From NCBI GenBank assembly GCA_964653805.1, contig CAZZFS010000003.1, positions 7,495 through 71,494 of the forward strand: a stretch of DNA of 64,000 bases, in the 5' to 3' direction. The translations under genes were made by a program, and so were the position numbers. The notes under the pieces are model-generated. The model searched no databases. It saw only the letters and a program-made list of their open reading frames with translations, and was not told the DNA's origin. Of this stretch, positions 19,827 to 30,749 are shown in pieces (position 1 is the stretch's first letter; each line of letters starts with the position of its first letter). Origin of the DNA: an uncultured Clostridiaceae bacterium. Lineage in GTDB: Bacteria; Bacillota; Clostridia; TANB77; CAG-465.

Positions 19827-20351
19827 ATGGAAATAAAAAATAAAAAGGGATTGGTTATATATTTTTCTCGTAAAGGAAATAATTTTGTAAATGGAAATAT
19901 CGTAGATTTACCGGTTGGAAATACAAAAATAGTTGCAGATATGATAAGTGATATAACTGGTAGTGAATTATTTGAAGTACAAGCAATTAATGAATATCCA
20001 CTTGATTACACAGATAGTACAATAGTTGCTAAGGAAGAACTTAAAAATAATGAAAGACCAGAACTTGTAGAATATTTAGATAATATAGATGAATATGATG
20101 TTATTTATTTAGGTTATCCAAATTGGTGGGGAACAATGCCAATGCCTTTATATACTTTGTTAGAAAAGTATGATTTTTCAAATAAAGTAGTATTACCATT
20201 TTGTACTCATGAAGGAAGTGGATTAAGTAATAGTGAAATGCATATTAAAGAAATATGTAAAAATGCAGAAGTGAAAAAAGGTCTTGCAATACATGGTGGA
20301 AGTGTTAAAGAGTCAAAAAGTATATTGGAAGATTGGATAAATAAAATGTAG
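19827..20351 (+). CDS. Flavodoxin
   Basis: IYFSRKG...GNT, LGYPNWWG, PFCTHEGSG. Confidence 0.9.
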   Translation: MEIKNKKGLVIYFSRKGNNFVNGNIVDLPVGNTKIVADMISDITGSELFEVQAINEYPLDYTDSTIVAKEELKNNERPELVEYLDNIDEYDVIYLGYPNWWGTMPMPLYTLLEKYDFSNKVVLPFCTHEGSGLSNSEMHIKEICKNAEVKKGLAIHGGSVKESKSILEDWINKM

Positions 20352-20380
20352 TATATATTATTTAAAGGAGGAATGTAATA

Positions 20381-20875
20381 ATGAAAGTTGATAATAAAAA
20401 AGTTCTTGTGGTATATTTTTCATATACTGGAAATACAAAATTTATAGCAGATAAAATAAATGAAAAAATTGGTGGGGATATAGTTGAGATTAAAACATTA
20501 AAACCGTATTCAGAAGATTTCAATTATGTTGTGGATCAAGGTAAAGAAGAGGTTGATAATTATTTTAAACCAGAAATTATTACTAAACTAGAAAATGTAG
20601 AAGAATACGATACTATTTTTATAGGTTCGCCTACTTGGTGGTATACAATTGCACCTCCAGTAGCAACATTTTTATATAAAAATAATTTAGAAGGTAAAAA
20701 AATAATACCTTTTTTAACAAATGGTGGATATGGTTTAGGTCATAGTATAGAAGATATAAAAAATCTTTGTGAAAAATCTATTATTGAAAATTGGATAGAA
20801 ATACCTTTTGAAAAAAATGATATTCAAATATCAGTACAAGAAATGGAAGATTGGATAAATAAATTAAAAGTATAG
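20381..20875 (+). CDS. Flavodoxin
   Basis: VYFSYTGNT, IGSPTWW, PFLTNGGYG. Confidence 0.9.
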   Translation: MKVDNKKVLVVYFSYTGNTKFIADKINEKIGGDIVEIKTLKPYSEDFNYVVDQGKEEVDNYFKPEIITKLENVEEYDTIFIGSPTWWYTIAPPVATFLYKNNLEGKKIIPFLTNGGYGLGHSIEDIKNLCEKSIIENWIEIPFEKNDIQISVQEMEDWINKLKV

Positions 20876-20977
20876 TTAACTTTACATAAAATATTGAAAA
20901 TAACATTTTAATATGGTATAATAGATAAAAAAATAAATATAAAAATAATGATTATTGTTTTAGGAGGAAATTTAAAA

Positions 20978-21661
20978 ATGAATGTATTTGTTAGTGGTGT
21001 AAAAAACATTGATTCTTTAGTTGAAATTGGTAATATTATTGCTAATAATTTACCAAATCAAAATGGTTTTCGGGAATCAAAAATCATTGAAATTAAGATA
21101 AAAGAAGAAAAAGTAATTGGACCAGAAAAGTCTAGTGTTGATTGTGAATTAACTGACGTTATTAAATGGGATGATTTAATTTTTAAGATAAAAAGGAGAG
21201 GTTTTTTACCAGGATTTTGTAGAACATTTGTTGATACTACAAATAGTGATTTTAACAAAGAAAAGATGATGCTTTTTTATAATGTTGAAAAAGGCCTTAT
21301 AATATATGCTGAATCAAATTGTAATACAAAATATGTATCAAAAGCCAGAGTATATGGTGAGGTTTCATTTAAAAACGAAGTGTTTGAATTAACGATTGAC
21401 AAAATTTTAAGAGAGCATTCTTTAGCGTACTTAAATAAAAGTGACAAAATAAATGTTAGTTTGGATATAACTAAAGAACTGGATTTTAAATTTGATTTTT
21501 TAGATAATTTTTTTAATTTTTCTAAAAAATGGAGTGAAATACCATATCTTTATTTTGTAAATGCTGCAGAAGAACAATATGGAGATTTTGATTTACAAGG
21601 CTTAACAAAGCGCTGTATAATTGCTTCTTGTAAAGAAATTAGAGAAATCATTGGTTATTAA
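20978..21661 (+). CDS. Hypothetical protein (paralog of 18516-19067)
   Basis: AGGAGG before ATG 20978; FYNVEKGLIIYAES...VSKARVYGEV. Confidence 0.75.
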   Translation: MNVFVSGVKNIDSLVEIGNIIANNLPNQNGFRESKIIEIKIKEEKVIGPEKSSVDCELTDVIKWDDLIFKIKRRGFLPGFCRTFVDTTNSDFNKEKMMLFYNVEKGLIIYAESNCNTKYVSKARVYGEVSFKNEVFELTIDKILREHSLAYLNKSDKINVSLDITKELDFKFDFLDNFFNFSKKWSEIPYLYFVNAAEEQYGDFDLQGLTKRCIIASCKEIREIIGY

Positions 21662-21861
21662 AATCAACCTAAAAAACATTAATAAAAAATAAAAATATGC
21701 AAAAAACAGCTATAATTAGCTGTTTTTTTGTATATTAATATGATATATGGTATAGGATATTGTATATAATATAAAAATTTGATATAATAAAATAAAAATA
21801 ATAAAAATAATAAAAATTAAATTAACATCAAAATTAAATATAAAATAAGGGGGACATCTAA

Positions 21862-22689
21862 ATGCAAGAAATATATAATTCAGAAGAAGAATTTTTAAAA
21901 AATTATGATTTATCAAAGTTTGAAAAACCTTCAGTAACTGCTGATATTGTTATTTTTTCAGTTTCTGCTCATAATAAAGAAAATTATCGTAGATTATCTG
22001 AAAAAAAAATAAGTGTATTATTAGTAAAAAGAGATAATTATCCTTTTAAAGATAAATGGTGTTTACCTGGCGGTTTTGTTGGTATGAAGGAAACTTTAGA
22101 AGAGGCAGCAAATAGAATATTATTAGTAGAAACAAATATGAAAAATATTTATTTAGAACAGTTATATACATTTAGTGATATTGACAGAGATCCAAGAACA
22201 AGAGTAATAAGTACTACATATGTTGCATTAATTGATAAAAGTAAATGTAAAGAAAAATTATCTGCTGATGCATCTTGGTTTGATATGACATTAAATGAAG
22301 ATGAAAATAAAATGGAATTTATACTTGATAATGGTGAAGAAAAATTAGAATTTTCTGTAAATAAAATTTTAAAAGATAATTTTAGTGATATATATGATTA
22401 TACTACAATACTTAATTCTTCACTTGCTTTTGATCATCCTCTTGCTATTGCTTATGGAATATCTAGAATCAAAAACAAGATTGAATATACAGATATTGTT
22501 TTTAATATGATGCCAGAGTATTTTACTTTAGGTGAATTACAACAAGTATATGAAGTGATTTTAGGTAAAAAATTATTAGACGCTGCATTTAGGAGAATAA
22601 TAGCAAATAAAGTTGTAAAAACAGATAAATTTAAAAAAGGTGGTGGGTATAGACCATCAGCATTTTTTAAATTTTCAAAGAGTAAATAA
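21862..22689 (+). CDS. nrtR: NrtR-family regulator (Nudix domain + winged HTH)
   Basis: PSVTADIVIF, WCLPGGFV..ETLEEAA.R.L, EQLYTF...RDPRTRVIS, LAFDH, FTLGELQQVYE.ILG....AFRR. Confidence 0.88.
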   Translation: MQEIYNSEEEFLKNYDLSKFEKPSVTADIVIFSVSAHNKENYRRLSEKKISVLLVKRDNYPFKDKWCLPGGFVGMKETLEEAANRILLVETNMKNIYLEQLYTFSDIDRDPRTRVISTTYVALIDKSKCKEKLSADASWFDMTLNEDENKMEFILDNGEEKLEFSVNKILKDNFSDIYDYTTILNSSLAFDHPLAIAYGISRIKNKIEYTDIVFNMMPEYFTLGELQQVYEVILGKKLLDAAFRRIIANKVVKTDKFKKGGGYRPSAFFKFSKSK

Positions 22690-22895
22690 TAAATATATTT
22701 AAATAATTTCAAATGATTTTAAATAACAAAAAAATAAAAAATAAATAAAAGCAAATATATGTTAGTATAAAACTAAAGTATATTTGTTTTTTTATTGAAA
22801 ATATTTAACTAAAACGATTGCAAAGTTACATAAAAAATGATATAATCTTAAAAAATAATATCCGAGTAATAAAAAAAATTTTTTAGGAGGAAAAA

Positions 22896-23369
22896 ATGAA
22901 AGTATTTAATGAAGTTAATGGTAAAGAAGTGGTAAATGTACAAATAAATGATATTGCATTTTTATCAAATGCTACAGATATTGCAATACCAGCTTCAATT
23001 TTCACAAAAGTTTTTAGTGGTGTTGTAATTGTTGATGATTCTAATCGATTTGATTTTGTCCAGTTTGAAGAACCGTTAGAAATCAATTTCTTTAAAAGTA
23101 TGGAATGGATAATTGATTATAACAAGTATATGGCTTTTTCAGATGAAGAGCTGGAAAAACAATTTAATGAAGAAGTACAAGCTATTGATAAAATAGTGGA
23201 TACTTACAATGCAATGTCAAAGGAAGAAAAATCAAAAAATCAACATCTTATTTTAGATTATGAATGCAGAAAATATAAAGTTGATTTTATTAATCAAATT
23301 GGTTTGGTAAAAGAGGGAAAAAGTGAAATTAGTATCCCTGAAATATTAAAAGTAAGTTATGCTGTTTAA
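22896..23369 (+). CDS. Hypothetical protein
   Basis: AGGAGG RBS, own promoter and downstream hairpin terminator. Confidence 0.75.
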   Translation: MKVFNEVNGKEVVNVQINDIAFLSNATDIAIPASIFTKVFSGVVIVDDSNRFDFVQFEEPLEINFFKSMEWIIDYNKYMAFSDEELEKQFNEEVQAIDKIVDTYNAMSKEEKSKNQHLILDYECRKYKVDFINQIGLVKEGKSEISIPEILKVSYAV

Positions 23370-23426
23370 GTAAAATTTACAAACTAAAAACTCTAAGCAT
23401 AAATTTTTAGCTTAGAGTTTTTAGTT

Positions 23427-23759
23427 TCATTTATATTTTCTTTTTGTTTTGGATTTTCCAATGTTATATAATCTATATAGACCATAACAACCTAGTAGCA
23501 TTAATGCTACTTCATACCCTGTAGCAATAGCTACAATTATAAGTGGAAGTAAATACAAAAAGAAAATTTTCCCTGCTTTTATTGCTGTTGCATATTTTGC
23601 ATCTAATTTTGAAAGAGCGAATCTTTCAAGTAGATTACAAAGTTTTTCATATCCCATAAATACCAGTGCAAGAGCACCGACACATATGTTTAAAACAATA
23701 ATTGCAGATGTCATAAAGACACCTTTGCCGGGGACAAACATTTTTTCTAGAAATTTCAT
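23427..23759 (-). CDS. Small membrane protein
   Basis: AGGAGG RBS, three hydrophobic segments. Confidence 0.65.
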   Translation of the reverse strand: MKFLEKMFVPGKGVFMTSAIIVLNICVGALALVFMGYEKLCNLLERFALSKLDAKYATAIKAGKIFFLYLLPLIIVAIATGYEVALMLLGCYGLYRLYNIGKSKTKRKYK

Positions 23760-23993
23760 ACTAAAAAATCCTCCTTTAATTAAATTTAGATAATAAAAAT
23801 TTCTTAATATAATTATACCACAAAAACAGCATTATGTCAATTCGACAGTTGCTAAACTTGACTTTTAATGCATGGTATGGTATAATTTTTTCAAATTTAT
23901 ATAATAAAGGAATGATTAATTAATCTACGGAAAAGTGATGATTGGATTAGAGTTGAATTTAAAATTTTATAAAATTAGAAGGAGAAGTATAAA

Positions 23994-24563
23994 ATGAGTA
24001 GAGAGATAATTCAAATTGGAGAAATAAAGAGTGAAGTGAAAAAGCGGATTGAAGAGTGTGAAGAAATAGTAAGTGCATTTATGGAGCATTTAAATTTTTT
24101 ACTCGAAGATGGTGAAAAAATCTGTAGTAATCAAAAGCATATATTAAGAAGCGATGCACTTTATTGTTTTGAAGATGATGGTAATACTAGTGCTGAAGGT
24201 TATGATTATGAAGCGTATTGGTGCTTTCAGTTAAACCCTAAAGTAAATGTTGATATGTTTAGATTATTACGGGATTATGCTATTCAAACAGAATGTTTAT
24301 GGTTTGTGTATTCTGATACCGAAAGAAAAAAAGATACATTTAGTGATGGTAGTAAAAGATTTTTTAAACTATTTATCTCTGGTGTAGATTTACCACGTCA
24401 GCATGAATTTACAAGAATGATTGATTGTATAAATAGCAATTCAAAAAATGTTTCGATTTTTAACGTTGAAAATGTTGTAAGTTGTGCACTCGAAATAAAA
24501 GAACTAGCCAAGCGGCGTGATTTAACAGAAAAATTACTTGAAATGGTAAAAAGCAAGTCTTAA
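23994..24563 (+). CDS. Hypothetical protein (paralog of 27737-28318)
   Basis: YEAYWCFQLNP and ECLWFVY shared. Confidence 0.78.
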   Translation: MSREIIQIGEIKSEVKKRIEECEEIVSAFMEHLNFLLEDGEKICSNQKHILRSDALYCFEDDGNTSAEGYDYEAYWCFQLNPKVNVDMFRLLRDYAIQTECLWFVYSDTERKKDTFSDGSKRFFKLFISGVDLPRQHEFTRMIDCINSNSKNVSIFNVENVVSCALEIKELAKRRDLTEKLLEMVKSKS

Positions 24564-24615
24564 ATTAAGACTTGCTTTTTTTGTTAAAATCTTTAGTATT
24601 AAAGTTCATTTGAAA

Positions 24616-25113
24616 CTAGTTGTTTTGTTCTTCAATTAATTCAAGTTCACTTGTGTTTAATAATTTTTTGCACTCGAGAAGTAATTGAATTTTTTCATTA
24701 ACTTTTGAAATACCTTTTATGTAGTTATTTTCAAATCCAGTTCTACTAGATGGTGGTGTTGATATTTCTTCATCTTGTATTGTAAGAACTTCTTCAACTC
24801 CATCTACAATTAAACCAACAAATACTGAATCAATATCAATAACAACAATACAGGTTCTATCGGTATAATCAATTTCTTCTTTTCCAAATTTAATTCTCAT
24901 ATCAATAACAGGAATAATTTTACCTCTTAGATTAATAATTCCTTTTATGTATTGCTTAGATTCTGGAATTTTTGTAATTGACTGTATCCCAATAATTTCT
25001 ATTACATATTTAATTTCAATGCCAAAAACTTCTTCGTCTAAATGAAAAATTAAATACCGGCCATGCTGAGTGTCTTCAATGAAAACATCTGTCTCTAAAT
25101 CTTTTTCAGCCAT
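24616..25113 (-). CDS. cheW: Chemotaxis adaptor CheW
   Basis: GIINLRGKIIPVIDMR..FG, GLIVDGVEEV. Confidence 0.93.
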   Translation of the reverse strand: MAEKDLETDVFIEDTQHGRYLIFHLDEEVFGIEIKYVIEIIGIQSITKIPESKQYIKGIINLRGKIIPVIDMRIKFGKEEIDYTDRTCIVVIDIDSVFVGLIVDGVEEVLTIQDEEISTPPSSRTGFENNYIKGISKVNEKIQLLLECKKLLNTSELELIEEQNN

Positions 25114-25145
25114 TTGAATTACTCCTTTTTAAAGTTTGTTGTTTA

Positions 25146-27449
25146 TTATCTTTTTACTTTGAATTGTCTCATCATTTCTTTTAGTAATTCAGCGTGAGTA
25201 GATAATTCTTCACTGGCAGCAGCACTTTGTTCAGCTGTTGCAGAATTGTTTTGAACTACTTGAGCAACTTGTTCGACTCCTACATTAATTTGAGCTATTC
25301 CAGATGCTTGTTCATTAGAAGCTTCAGCAATATTTGCTACTAAGTTAGTAACTTTTTCAATTCCAGTAACAATTTCATTAAGTGCATTAGCAGTTTGATC
25401 TGCTATATTAGTTCCAGATGCTACTTTTTCAATTGAACCTTCAATTAATACAGTTGTTTCTTTAGCGGCTTCAGCACTTCTTGCAGCTAATGTTCTAACT
25501 TCTTCTGCTACTACTGCAAAACCTTTACCATGTTGTCCAGCTCTTGCTGCTTCAACTGCTGCATTTAATGCTAAAATATTAGTCTGGAAAGCTATATCAT
25601 CAATAACTTTAATTATTTTTGATATATTTTCGGATGATTTGTTTATTTCTAACATTGATTTTTGCATTTCACTCATTTGAACATTACCTTTTTTTGCATG
25701 TTCTTGAACATCAAGAGTTAGATCTCTTGCTTGATTAGCATTAACGGCATTATTTTTTGTTTGATCTGCTATTTCTGAGATTGATGCTGTTAATTCTTGA
25801 ATAGAACTTGCTTGTTCGGTAGAACCTTGTGCTAGTGCTTGACTTGCATCAGCAACTTGAGTAGAACCAGCTGTAACTTGTTCTGCAGAATCATTTACTT
25901 TTCCAAGCATTAAACCCAGAGAATCAAGTATTACATTTAGTGAATCTGAAATTGTTTTGAAGTCACCATTAAATTCACTTAAATGTTCTTGTGAAAAATC
26001 GCCATCAGCAATTTTTTTTGTTACAACCGCAATTTCATCAACAATATTTTTAATGGTTGATGCAGTGTAATTGACAGATTTTTTTAGAATGTCAAATTCA
26101 CCGTGGTAATCACCTGTAATTGATACTTCTAAGTAGCCATTAGACATTTCATTCATTACGTTAGCAACCTCTCTAAGTGGTTTTGCTATTTCATCAAGAA
26201 TGTTATTCATACCTTCAACAAGTGATTTCCAAGAACCATTAAATTTATATGCATCAGCCCGTACATCCAAGTTTCCTTCAATTGCAGCATCCGTTATTAA
26301 AGTAGCATCATCGATAAGATTGCCTATGGAGTTTTTAACATTATTTAAGTTTTCACCGATTTCATGGAATTGGTTACTAACATCCACTGTATATTCTCCA
26401 GCTTCTTCAATTTGCATGTCGAAGTTTAAGTCTCCATCAGCTAATCTCATTAAATTATTTGCAAGTCTTTTTACCTCTGTATTAGTATAATCACTTACAC
26501 TAACAATTGAAGTTAAATCAGTTACAATTTCAACGTATCCAACTTTTTCACCATCTTTATCAAGTAGGTAAGCAGTATCTTGCTTGTTATTTCTACCAAC
26601 CCACTCGAAGTATGTTTCAGTTATACCATTATCAACTAATTGTCTGATACCACAATTTTTAGTATTACAAATTGTGGCGTTTGCGCTACTACAAGCTTTA
26701 CCACATGCATCATTTAAATCAGTTACAACGCCATTAGCGATCATTAATTCAAGGAATACTTTGTTTAAAAATACCCAATTCATATTGTTATCTATAACAT
26801 GAACTGGAAATGGAATAGCATCAAGAATGCCACGATACCAAAATATTTTATCTACAACAATATCCATTACCGCATTAGCATTTAAGATAGCTTTTTTAAA
26901 GTCACCTTTTAGATCATTAGCTAAATCTCTTTTATCAAAGATATCTTTTTTTGCTAAGTCTATAAGCATTGCAGTGTCTGTTTCAAATCTTTTGGTAGAA
27001 TCTCTAATAACAACCAAATCGCTAATAAAATCATCTTGTTCAATACCTGAATCAATTGCAACAGATAAATCACCATTTGCCATTGTCTTTACAAAGATTG
27101 AATAAGTTCTAAATTTCTCAATTAAATTTGAAATTGTCACACTCAATTCATCTAATTGATCACTTGAACTTTGATGTGTAGAATTTGAATTTAAATCATC
27201 AATTATAAACCGTTCAACTTCTGTAATTAAATCTGATACTTTTTTCGAAATTTGTTTAGTACCAAAAATAATTATACCTAATATAGATATTATTCCAATA
27301 ACACCTGTTATCAATATCACAGTTTGTGAATTTTCTGGATATTGATTTACAGTAAACCAAATAATACCTAACATTAGAATTAATAAAATAACCACAGGTC
27401 CACCCAACAACAAAAGCATTTTTTCAACTAGACTTTTTTGTTTTTTCAT
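25146..27449 (-). CDS. Methyl-accepting chemotaxis protein with HAMP and PAS-like domains
   Basis: [32 protein letters not shown] signalling domain; [16 protein letters not shown]-like start; two closely spaced N-terminal TMs. Confidence 0.93.
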   Translation of the reverse strand: MKKQKSLVEKMLLLLGGPVVILLILMLGIIWFTVNQYPENSQTVILITGVIGIISILGIIIFGTKQISKKVSDLITEVERFIIDDLNSNSTHQSSSDQLDELSVTISNLIEKFRTYSIFVKTMANGDLSVAIDSGIEQDDFISDLVVIRDSTKRFETDTAMLIDLAKKDIFDKRDLANDLKGDFKKAILNANAVMDIVVDKIFWYRGILDAIPFPVHVIDNNMNWVFLNKVFLELMIANGVVTDLNDACGKACSSANATICNTKNCGIRQLVDNGITETYFEWVGRNNKQDTAYLLDKDGEKVGYVEIVTDLTSIVSVSDYTNTEVKRLANNLMRLADGDLNFDMQIEEAGEYTVDVSNQFHEIGENLNNVKNSIGNLIDDATLITDAAIEGNLDVRADAYKFNGSWKSLVEGMNNILDEIAKPLREVANVMNEMSNGYLEVSITGDYHGEFDILKKSVNYTASTIKNIVDEIAVVTKKIADGDFSQEHLSEFNGDFKTISDSLNVILDSLGLMLGKVNDSAEQVTAGSTQVADASQALAQGSTEQASSIQELTASISEIADQTKNNAVNANQARDLTLDVQEHAKKGNVQMSEMQKSMLEINKSSENISKIIKVIDDIAFQTNILALNAAVEAARAGQHGKGFAVVAEEVRTLAARSAEAAKETTVLIEGSIEKVASGTNIADQTANALNEIVTGIEKVTNLVANIAEASNEQASGIAQINVGVEQVAQVVQNNSATAEQSAAASEELSTHAELLKEMMRQFKVKR

Positions 27450-27736
27450 TTTTTTAAATCTCCTTTAAAAATTTTTGTTGGACCTCTTCAAAGAATTTAA
27501 TTTATTATACCATAAAGAGCTTTAAATATCAATATTAAGAGCTTTTTAATAGTAAAATCTAATCTTATATAGTCTTGATTAAAAATCAGTTTTATTTATA
27601 CGTAATATATATATATTATGAATGTTATTTATATGAAAATTAAGCACAAAATAAACTTTACATAAAACTTGAAAATTATTTTTTCTTGTGATATAATTAG
27701 CGTTATATAAAAAATATAAAAGTGGAGGTAAATTTA

Positions 27737-28318
27737 ATGAAGCGGGAAGAAGTTGAAATTCAAGAAATAAAAAGTGAAATAAAAAACAACATAGAGATGT
27801 ATCACTGGGCTATAAAATTATTCATTGATAATTTAAATTCATCACTTGATGATGATCAAAGAACTTGTGGTTCAAAACATTTTATAATTAAAACAGAAAA
27901 AGAAATATACCTAAAAGGTTGTAGTATTGTAACTAGGGAATGTGAATATGAAGCATATTGGTGTTTTCAATTAAATCCAAATGTAGAAATAAAAAAATCT
28001 GCTGTTATTGCTACTAAACCCTATCAAGAAGAATGTTTGTGGTTTGTTTACAAAGATGTTGAATTAATAACTGGGGAATCTTGTTTTTACAAAGGCAATA
28101 AAACAATGCATATATACATTGGAGGTATTAAAACACCGCGTGAAGATTTAGAAATAAAAGAAATTGATCATATAAGTTCAAATTATTCTATGGAGCATAT
28201 AATTAACTATTATAACATTGCAATATGTTCTCTTGAACTTGAAAATCTTGCAAAGAGGAGGAATATAATATCACAACTAGAATATAAAGATAGATTAAAA
28301 GAAGTATTTAAAGTTTAA
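27737..28318 (+). CDS. Hypothetical protein (paralog of 23994-24563)
   Basis: GGAGG before ATG 27737; shared motifs EIKSE, YEAYWCFQLNP, LAKRR. Confidence 0.78.
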   Translation: MKREEVEIQEIKSEIKNNIEMYHWAIKLFIDNLNSSLDDDQRTCGSKHFIIKTEKEIYLKGCSIVTRECEYEAYWCFQLNPNVEIKKSAVIATKPYQEECLWFVYKDVELITGESCFYKGNKTMHIYIGGIKTPREDLEIKEIDHISSNYSMEHIINYYNIAICSLELENLAKRRNIISQLEYKDRLKEVFKV

Positions 28319-28355
28319 AACGTGGAAAATGTGGATAAAATACAAAGGAGTTTAT

Positions 28356-28997
28356 ATGGAAAAGAAGAAAGTATATTACGCTGTGTTGGAGGAAATGGAA
28401 AAATATATTCCTGATTTTTGTCGGGAGGAATATGAAAGAAGTTTTAGTAAAACAGATGAAGAGGTACTGGCTTATTTAAAAGAGTATTATAACAATAATT
28501 TACCAGTGGATATTGATGCTTGGGCAGCTGTAAACATACCACTACAAAAAGAGATTTGTAGTAAAAGTTATTTTCATGATCAAGTTTCATTTGTAAAGGG
28601 AACTTTGAAATATTTGATAGAAGCAACCTTAGAGCAGTATGAATCATTTTTGCCTATGGTAATATCTACTCATTTTTCAAAATTGGTATTGTTGCCTGTG
28701 TATAAATTACATTATGAAAATTATAACCTTAATATGGTTATAAAAAGTGATTTTTATAATTGGCAGATTTCAATTGATTCAGAAATTCCAATATTATGTG
28801 ATTTTATGGGATTATTTGATGGAAATAAAAAAATAGATGAAAGTTGGTTTTATGGGTTTCCAAAAGAATGGATTTTCGGAAATTTTGAAAAAAATAAAAG
28901 TAAGTTTAGTCTTGAACTTAGAAATAATTACGAGCTATATACTTTTATGTTTTTAATAAACAATTATTTGAAAAATAATGAAAAAAACAAAATGTAA
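28356..28997 (+). CDS. Hypothetical protein
   Basis: AAGGAG before MEKKKV; long open frame. Confidence 0.7.
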   Translation: MEKKKVYYAVLEEMEKYIPDFCREEYERSFSKTDEEVLAYLKEYYNNNLPVDIDAWAAVNIPLQKEICSKSYFHDQVSFVKGTLKYLIEATLEQYESFLPMVISTHFSKLVLLPVYKLHYENYNLNMVIKSDFYNWQISIDSEIPILCDFMGLFDGNKKIDESWFYGFPKEWIFGNFEKNKSKFSLELRNNYELYTFMFLINNYLKNNEKNKM

Positions 28998-29161
28998 TAA
29001 AAAAACAGATAAAAATACACATAAAAAAATAACAATAAAAATAAAAATAACAATAAGAATAAAAATATAAAAAACAGTTGGGTTAATGCCAACTGTTTTT
29101 TGTATGTATAATAACTAAATTAAAAATAATTAATAAAACAATTAATAAAATGCTCCTATCT

Positions 29162-29941
29162 TTATGATCCTACTGATTGATATTTTTTTACACCTATTTT
29201 CCAAATAAGATAGCAAGGTAGTACAAATAGTATTGAAATAAGTGGAGCTATTATATATAAAGAGTTATCACTTTTTCCTATTATATATAATAGTGGATAA
29301 TAATTAACCATTGAAAGTGGTATTATATAAGTGAAAAAGTCAAGTACCCATTTTTTATATATATTTAAAGGATATTGAGTTAAATCTCTACCACCATCTG
29401 TAAATATATTCATTATTTCCAAACTTTCTATTGTAAAAAAAGTTAATGCTGCTTTTAAAACATGTAAACTAGAAAATATTACTATTGTTCCAAAAAGCAT
29501 TAATAATATAGTTATAAATTTATCTATAGTTAATAAATAAGGGCAATAAAATAGTAGTATTATAAATATAATTATAGCAAGTATTGCTCTTCCTATTTTT
29601 GCAAATTCTATTTTTGTACCTAATACTTGTAACATAGTGCTTACAGGTCTTACTAAAATCCTATCAAATTCACCATTAGAAATAATTGTAGAGAAATTAT
29701 CAAAACCTCTAAAGAAACATTCACTAATTGAAAAACCAAGATAAGATATTACAAAACATATTAGTACATTTTCAAAAGTATAACCTTGGATATTACCAAA
29801 TTTGTCAAATAAAAAATATATAGCAAGAAGTGAAAACATTGAAGTAAGAGCTTGTCCAATAGCTGTCAATATAAAAGATAATTTATATTGTAATAAGCTT
29901 TTAAAGTGGATTTTCAAATATGTAAGATATATGTTTAACAT
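29162..29941 (-). CDS. ABC-2 family transporter permease
   Basis: GEFDRILVRP, YPLNIY, multi-TM. Confidence 0.88.
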   Translation of the reverse strand: MLNIYLTYLKIHFKSLLQYKLSFILTAIGQALTSMFSLLAIYFLFDKFGNIQGYTFENVLICFVISYLGFSISECFFRGFDNFSTIISNGEFDRILVRPVSTMLQVLGTKIEFAKIGRAILAIIIFIILLFYCPYLLTIDKFITILLMLFGTIVIFSSLHVLKAALTFFTIESLEIMNIFTDGGRDLTQYPLNIYKKWVLDFFTYIIPLSMVNYYPLLYIIGKSDNSLYIIAPLISILFVLPCYLIWKIGVKKYQSVGS

Positions 29942-29942
29942 T

Positions 29943-30749
29943 TTAACCTCCTTGTATTACTACTTTTTTTAATGATTTATTCATAAGCCATTTACCAAAT
30001 GATATTAAAACAATAATCCAAAATAGTTGAATACCAATTATTTTTATGATTTCTAAATTATCAGTAAAATATCCGTTATATATATTAAAAGGTATATTTT
30101 GAATATAATAAAAAGGAGTGAATTTAATTATTGTTTGTAACATATCAGGCATAAGTGGAATAGGTAGTAAACCACCGCTAAAAAAATCTCCCACTAAACA
30201 AAATGATATTTTAACACCAAGTGGGGATATTGCTTTTATAGTTATAGTATATATAATTAAAACGTATGAGATAACAAGAATAGTACTAAGACATAGTGTT
30301 ATTAAAAACCAAAATCCTGCTAAAAAACTTACAGGAGCAGTCATTGCGAATTCACCAAGTAATGGGAGTGAACATATTAATATTATAGGTAGTGCTCTAA
30401 GGGCCGTTTTTGATAATTTAAGAGATAAAGTTTTTATAAACCAAATGTTATATAAGTTAATAGGTTTTGTTAGTTCATAAGCTAAATTACCAGATGTTAT
30501 ACTATCAAAAATATCCTTATCAACACTCCAAAATGCAAATAACATAAAGAAAGCTTGTTGTAACCAAATATATGTTACTATTTGAGAAGAAGTAATTGTA
30601 TCTATAGTTGAATTATTTAAAAAAGTTGTATATAGCATAATGTACATAAATCCCCATGCAAATTGTGTTGCTATACCAGCTAATGCAGCAATTTTATATT
30701 GTAATTCATTTAAAAATTTAATTTTAAAATATGCTAAATATATTCTCAT
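29943..30749 (-). CDS. ABC-2 family transporter permease
   Basis: SGNLAYELTKP, FFSGGLLPI, C-terminal VIQGG. Confidence 0.88.
   Translation of the reverse strand: MRIYLAYFKIKFLNELQYKIAALAGIATQFAWGFMYIMLYTTFLNNSTIDTITSSQIVTYIWLQQAFFMLFAFWSVDKDIFDSITSGNLAYELTKPINLYNIWFIKTLSLKLSKTALRALPIILICSLPLLGEFAMTAPVSFLAGFWFLITLCLSTILVISYVLIIYTITIKAISPLGVKISFCLVGDFFSGGLLPIPLMPDMLQTIIKFTPFYYIQNIPFNIYNGYFTDNLEIIKIIGIQLFWIIVLISFGKWLMNKSLKKVVIQGG

Noticed and set aside
21780-21830. AATAAAAAT-type short tandem repeats (also near 29020-29070)
   Set aside because: Low-complexity A-rich intergenic sequence expected at this base composition
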